NCBI GenBank assembly: GCA_000431335.1
Contig: FR888054.1
Span: 96,307-160,306, forward strand
Source of the DNA: Clostridium sp. CAG:343
GTDB lineage: Bacteria > Bacillota > Clostridia > TANB77 > CAG-508
DNA length: 64,000 bases
Direction of reading: 5' to 3'
Both the position numbers and the translations under genes were made by a program. Below are positions 60,247 to 64,000 of the stretch, in pieces (position 1 is the stretch's first letter; the number at the start of each line of letters is the position of its first letter). The notes under the pieces were generated by a model. It had not been told where the DNA came from and made no database searches. It was given only the letters and a program-made list of their open reading frames with translations.

Positions 60247-60315
60247 TTAATTTTAAAATTGGTATGTAATAAATTGTTAAATAGTATTACAGATTAATCT
60301 AATCTGTTCATTATG

Positions 60316-60372
60316 TTCAAAAAGAGAATCTAGTATAAAAAATAAGGCACTTTCACTCAGGTTAAAATCATA
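60316..60372. repeat. partial copy of the palindrome left-arm segment (caaaaagaRaatcta...aataaggcRctttcactcaRg)
   Basis: About 50 of 57 nt match 57634..57690. Confidence 0.45.
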
Positions 60373-60518
60373 TACATATATACATTCTAATTATACTATA
60401 GGTTTGTAAATTACAATTAAATGAAAATAATACAAACATAAATTTGTAAAAAATGTTGACTTTTAATTATAATATTTATATAATTAGCAAAGAAAAAATT
60501 ATAAAAGGTGGGCGAAAA

Positions 60519-61073
60519 ATGAAGGAACAATTTTTAGAATTATTAAAAAAAGTAAAAAGAGAAGGAATAGACGAATTAATACAATTTTTAGAAAAATCAG
60601 ATTTTTTTATTGCACCAGCAAGTACAAGATTTCATGGAAATCACGAAGGTGGTCTTGTAGAACATAGTATAAAAGTTTATGAAATATTAAAACATAAAGT
60701 AGAAAATAGCATATTAAAAATAGATATACCAGAAGAATCAATAATTATAATAGGATTATTACATGATATTTGTAAAACTAATTTTTATAAAGTAGATTTT
60801 AGAAATGCTAAAAATGCCTTGGGAGTTTGGGAAAAAGTACCATATTACACAATAGAAGATACAATACCATATGGACATGGAGAAAAATCAGTAATGATGA
60901 TTACAGAATATATGAAATTAACACCAGAAGAAAAATACTCTATACGTTGGCATATGGGATACACTGAGCCAAAAGAAAATTATAATGCAATAGGAGCAAG
61001 TTATACAAAATATCCAATTGCTTTATTAACACATGAAGCAGACTTGGAAGCAACTTATTTTTATGATACATAA
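60519..61073 (+). CDS. HD-domain phosphohydrolase
   Basis: HGNHEGGLVEH...LLHDICK (H..HD motif pair). Start at ATG 60519 after AAAGGTGG. Confidence 0.6.
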   Translation: MKEQFLELLKKVKREGIDELIQFLEKSDFFIAPASTRFHGNHEGGLVEHSIKVYEILKHKVENSILKIDIPEESIIIIGLLHDICKTNFYKVDFRNAKNALGVWEKVPYYTIEDTIPYGHGEKSVMMITEYMKLTPEEKYSIRWHMGYTEPKENYNAIGASYTKYPIALLTHEADLEATYFYDT

Positions 61074-61096
61074 AAGTTAAATTAGAGAGGAAAAAA

Positions 61097-61720
61097 ATGA
61101 TAGCATATATAAAGGGAAAATTAGAAATGAAAATGACTGAATATGTAGTAATAGATGTTGGAGGCATTGGTTATAAAGTATTCATGTCAGAATTAGGAAT
61201 AGAAAATATAGGAAATATAGGAGACACAGTAAAAGTACATACATATTACAGAGTAAGAGAGGATGACATAAGTATTTTTGGTTTTAATACCCTAGAAGAA
61301 TTAAAGATGTTTGAACTTTTACTTGGAGTAAGTGGAGTTGGAGCAAAAACAGCTCTTACAATGCTTGCAGTATGTGAACCTTCTGAGTTTGCATTAGCTG
61401 TTATTTCAGAAGATGTAAAAGCATTAACAGGAATTCCTGGAATAGGACCAAAATCAGCTAAAAGAATAATATTAGAACTAAAAGATAAAATAAAGAAAGA
61501 ACAAGAAGTAAAAGCTATAAAAGATACAATAGAAAATAAGGCAAGTTCAAAAATACAAATAGCTATTCAAAATGACGAAAAAGTAAAAGAAGCAATTTCA
61601 GCTCTTCAAGTTTTAGGATATAATAGAAAAGAAATAGAAAAAGCCTTTGGAAAATTACCAACGATAGAAATGTCAACAGAAGAATTAATAAGAAAAGGAT
61701 TAGTAGCATTAGGAAAATAA
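61097..61720 (+). CDS. ruvA: Holliday junction DNA helicase subunit RuvA
   Basis: MIAYIKGKL...VVIDVGGIGYKV. HhH pair GVSGVGAKTAL...GIPGIGPKSAKRI. The C-terminal domain III is present. Confidence 0.85.
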   Translation: MIAYIKGKLEMKMTEYVVIDVGGIGYKVFMSELGIENIGNIGDTVKVHTYYRVREDDISIFGFNTLEELKMFELLLGVSGVGAKTALTMLAVCEPSEFALAVISEDVKALTGIPGIGPKSAKRIILELKDKIKKEQEVKAIKDTIENKASSKIQIAIQNDEKVKEAISALQVLGYNRKEIEKAFGKLPTIEMSTEELIRKGLVALGK

Positions 61721-61740
61721 TAAAAATAGAGGTAGAGATT

Positions 61741-62977
61741 ATGAATATGAATGAACCATTAGCATTTCGAGTAAGACCAAAAACATTAGAAGAATATATT
61801 GGTCAAGAACATGTATTACGGAAAAGATAAAATTTTATATAGAACAATTAAAGCAGATAGACTATCTAGTATCATTCTATTTGGACCTCCAGGATGTGGA
61901 AAAACTTCACTTGCAAGAGTAATAAGTGAAACAACGAAATATAAATTTTACAAAATAAATGCAGTAACAGCAGGAGTAGCAGATATAAAAAAAGTAATAG
62001 AAGAAACAAAAAACTTCATGCTAAATCCAACAGGAAAAAGCATATTATTTATAGATGAAATTCATAGATTTAACAAATTACAACAAGATGCTCTACTTCC
62101 TTATGTAGAAAATGGAACAATAATACTAATAGGAGCTACAACAGAAAATCCATATTTTGAAGTAAACAAAGCTTTAATTTCAAGATCAATGGTTGTAAAG
62201 CTAGATCCATTAACAGAGGACAATATATACGATATTTTAAAAAATGCAATAAAAAATAAAGATGGGCTTGGAGAATATAATATAAAAATTGAAGATGCTA
62301 CATTAAAAAAATTAGCTACAATATCCAATGGTGATGTAAGAACAGCACTAAATGGATTAGAAGTAGCAACTTTAACAACAGCAATGAGTGATGATGGTTA
62401 TATTCATTTAACAGATGAAGATATAAAAAATAGTGTTCAAAGTAAAAAGGCGATTTTCGATAAAAACGGTGAGCAACATTATGATAATATTAGTGCATTC
62501 ATTAAATCAATGAGAGGTTCAGATCCAGATGCAGCAGTATTTTATTTAGCACGTGCGTTAAATGGTGGAGAAGATCCAATGTTTTTAGCTAGAAGAATAG
62601 TAATATGTGCATCAGAAGATGTTGGAATGGCAAATCCAAATGCGTTAGTTGTTGCAAATAGTGCAATGCAAGCAGTACATATAATAGGAATGCCAGAAGC
62701 AAGAATATTATTGTCAGAAGCAGCTATTTATGTAGCAACATCAAAAAAATCAAATGCATCATATATGGCAATAAACAAAGCATTAGAAGATGTTAAAACA
62801 AAAGACACAGGAGAAGTTCCAATGCATATTAGAAATGCTCCTATAGAAAAAATGAAAGAATTAGGCTATCATGAGGGATACTTGTATCCACATGATTTCC
62901 CAGGACACTATGTAGAGCAACAATATCTTCCAGATAAAATGGTTGGAACTAAATATTATGTAAAAGATGAAAAATGA
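61741..62977 (+). CDS. rarA: replication-associated recombination protein A (RarA/MgsA), with an apparent +1 frameshift at about 61819
   Basis: The frame from ATG 61741 (RBS GAGGTAGAG) gives MNMNEPLAFRVRPKTLEEYIGQEHVLRKR*. The next frame continues as GKDKILYRTIKADRLSSIILFGPPGCGKTSLARVI..., matching conserved RarA (YIGQ.HLLG.GK.L). Deleting the C at 61819 restores a single ORF. Confidence 0.7.
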
Positions 62978-63053
62978 GTTATATTACTATGTAATATAGC
63001 TCTTTTTTTAAAATAAAATGAATAAATTCTGAAAAAAACTTCAAAATAATAAT

Positions 63054-63419
63054 ATGAATAAAAACAAAATTTTTTTAAAAATGGCAATAGGTTTTATAGC
63101 TGGAATAATAAGCGGACTATTTTCTACTGGAGGAGGAATGATATTAGTTCCAGCATTTATATATTTATTAAAAATCAAAGATATAAAAGCAAGAGGAACA
63201 TCAATATTTTGTATTTTACCTATGGTATTAACAAGTAGTTTTTTCTATTATAAAGGAAACTATATTAATTGGAAAATAGCATTTTTGTGTGCTCTAGGAG
63301 GTGCAATAGGGGGATATATAGGAGCAAGATTATTAAAAAAATTGCCAGAAAAGATATTAAAAAGTGCTTTTGCTATATTTTTAATATATGTAGCAGTTAG
63401 AATGTTAACAGCAAATTAA
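63054..63419 (+). CDS. TSUP (TauE/SafE) family half-size 4-TM transporter subunit
   Basis: GxxxGxxSG and GGGM motifs. About 120 aa, half of a canonical TSUP protein. Confidence 0.55.
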   Translation: MNKNKIFLKMAIGFIAGIISGLFSTGGGMILVPAFIYLLKIKDIKARGTSIFCILPMVLTSSFFYYKGNYINWKIAFLCALGGAIGGYIGARLLKKLPEKILKSAFAIFLIYVAVRMLTAN

Positions 63420-63468
63420 ACAATTGCAAAAATAAAAATCGGAAACATTCCAAATCGGAGGTAGAAAT

Positions 63469-63852
63469 ATGATAGAAATTCTTATTGGAATGATATCTGG
63501 AATTGTAAGTGGAACGGGTATGGGAGGAGGAACAATTTTAATATTTCTTCTTACTTTTATGATGGGAATAGAGCAACATGTGGCTCAAGCGACAAACTTA
63601 ATATTCTTTATTCCAACTTCAATTGTTGCAATAATTATAAATATAAAAAATAAAAATATTGATTTAAAATTAGCAATAATAATATCTATATTTGGTATTT
63701 TAGGAGCTATTATAGGCTCTAATATATCAGTATATACAGATGTTAAAATATTAAAAAAATGTTTTGGAGTTTTTTTAATAATAGTTGCGATTAATGAAAT
63801 ATATTCCATAATAAGATTGTATAAAAAAGATAAAAAAACAAATAATAAATAA
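63469..63852 (+). CDS. TSUP (TauE/SafE) family half-size 4-TM transporter subunit (second half)
   Basis: Same motifs as 63054..63419 (GIVSGTGMGGG). RBS GGAGG. Confidence 0.55.
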   Translation: MIEILIGMISGIVSGTGMGGGTILIFLLTFMMGIEQHVAQATNLIFFIPTSIVAIIINIKNKNIDLKLAIIISIFGILGAIIGSNISVYTDVKILKKCFGVFLIIVAINEIYSIIRLYKKDKKTNNK

Positions 63853-63869
63853 AAAGAGGAGGGATTTTC

Positions 63870-64000
63870 ATGAAATTTGTAAAAGGAGTTGTAATTGGAG
63901 GTTTAATAACTACTGGTTTTGTTATGATGTATGCAGAAACAGGAAAAATGAACAAAAAAATGATTATGAAAAAAGGTAAACAATTAGCAAAAAAGATGGG
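63870..64000 (+). CDS. hypothetical membrane-associated protein, 5' partial at the window edge
   Basis: RBS AGAGGAGGG then ATG 63870. The ORF runs to the end of the window. Confidence 0.3.
   Translation, partial: MKFVKGVVIGGLITTGFVMMYAETGKMNKKMIMKKGKQLAKKM

Noticed and set aside
61799-62977. rarA annotated as a TTG-initiated 392-aa ORF.
   Set aside because: The conserved RarA N-terminus (…RPKTLEEYIGQEHVL) is encoded upstream in the adjacent frame from a well-placed ATG with a GAGGT RBS. The single-base frameshift explanation is more parsimonious than a TTG start lacking the N-terminal segment.

Overview
The window is a very AT-rich, low-GC Firmicute chromosome segment. By inference it is Clostridium-like: it has a choloylglycine hydrolase (cbh), dapF-dapL lysine-pathway genes, and a dockerin-bearing LPxTG surface protein. 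It is a mosaic of core genes and two integrase-bearing islands.

- **1 to 5.2 kb:** an AgrC-type histidine kinase paired with an unusual REC + Spo0A_C-like response regulator, an XRE regulator plus a small hydrophobic peptide, a ferritin-like protein, and a bile-salt hydrolase (cbh).
- **5286 to 28421 (about 23 kb), island A:** bounded by an exact 15-bp direct repeat that matches the anticodon arm of a tRNA-Met. A 45-nt tRNA 3' fragment survives at the right end. There are 21-bp arm-type repeats just inside each end and a tyrosine integrase at the right end. The island is packed with candidate anti-phage modules:
  - a 1169-aa RecQ-like helicase;
  - an MBL-fold hydrolase plus a 4-TM protein;
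  - an AbiL-like AAA ATPase plus RloB pair;
  - a metallophosphoesterase pair;
  - a MazG / nuclease-helicase / Mrr_cat operon;
  - a DnaC-like plus replisome-organizer replication module;
  - a decayed IS256-family element;
  - a three-gene operon ending in a class III nucleotidyl cyclase next to small TM proteins (Pycsar-like, atypical order).
- **28.6 to 32.9 kb:** a NUDIX / ASCH / SAM-methyltransferase operon, a histidine phosphatase, gene remnants and a P-loop kinase.
- **33037 to 42944 (about 9.9 kb), island B:** integrated into an intact initiator-type tRNA-Met (33009..33084) with 51-bp direct repeats. It carries:
  - a RepA_N initiator and a Replic_Relax-like protein;
  - an ECF-type sigma factor plus a membrane anti-sigma candidate;
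  - a second REC + Spo0A_C regulator flanked by two paralogous, GC-richer secreted proteins;
  - a coiled-coil M23 peptidase;
  - Xis and Int.
- **43 to 64 kb:** core-like genes. These are a 896-aa orphan protein, a D-Ala-D-Ala carboxypeptidase, and a 1943-aa LPxTG surface protein (LRR, polyAsn, Ig-like, C39-like peptidase, dockerins). Next come comEA, an LCP protein, cvpA, dapF-dapL, an HD protein, ruvA, rarA and two half-size TSUP genes. A roughly 510-bp near-perfect palindrome lies upstream of dapF, with a partial copy downstream of dapL. dapF and rarA each carry an apparent +1 frameshift, and both look like an extra C inserted immediately before a GGA codon.

No CRISPR array or rRNA was seen.
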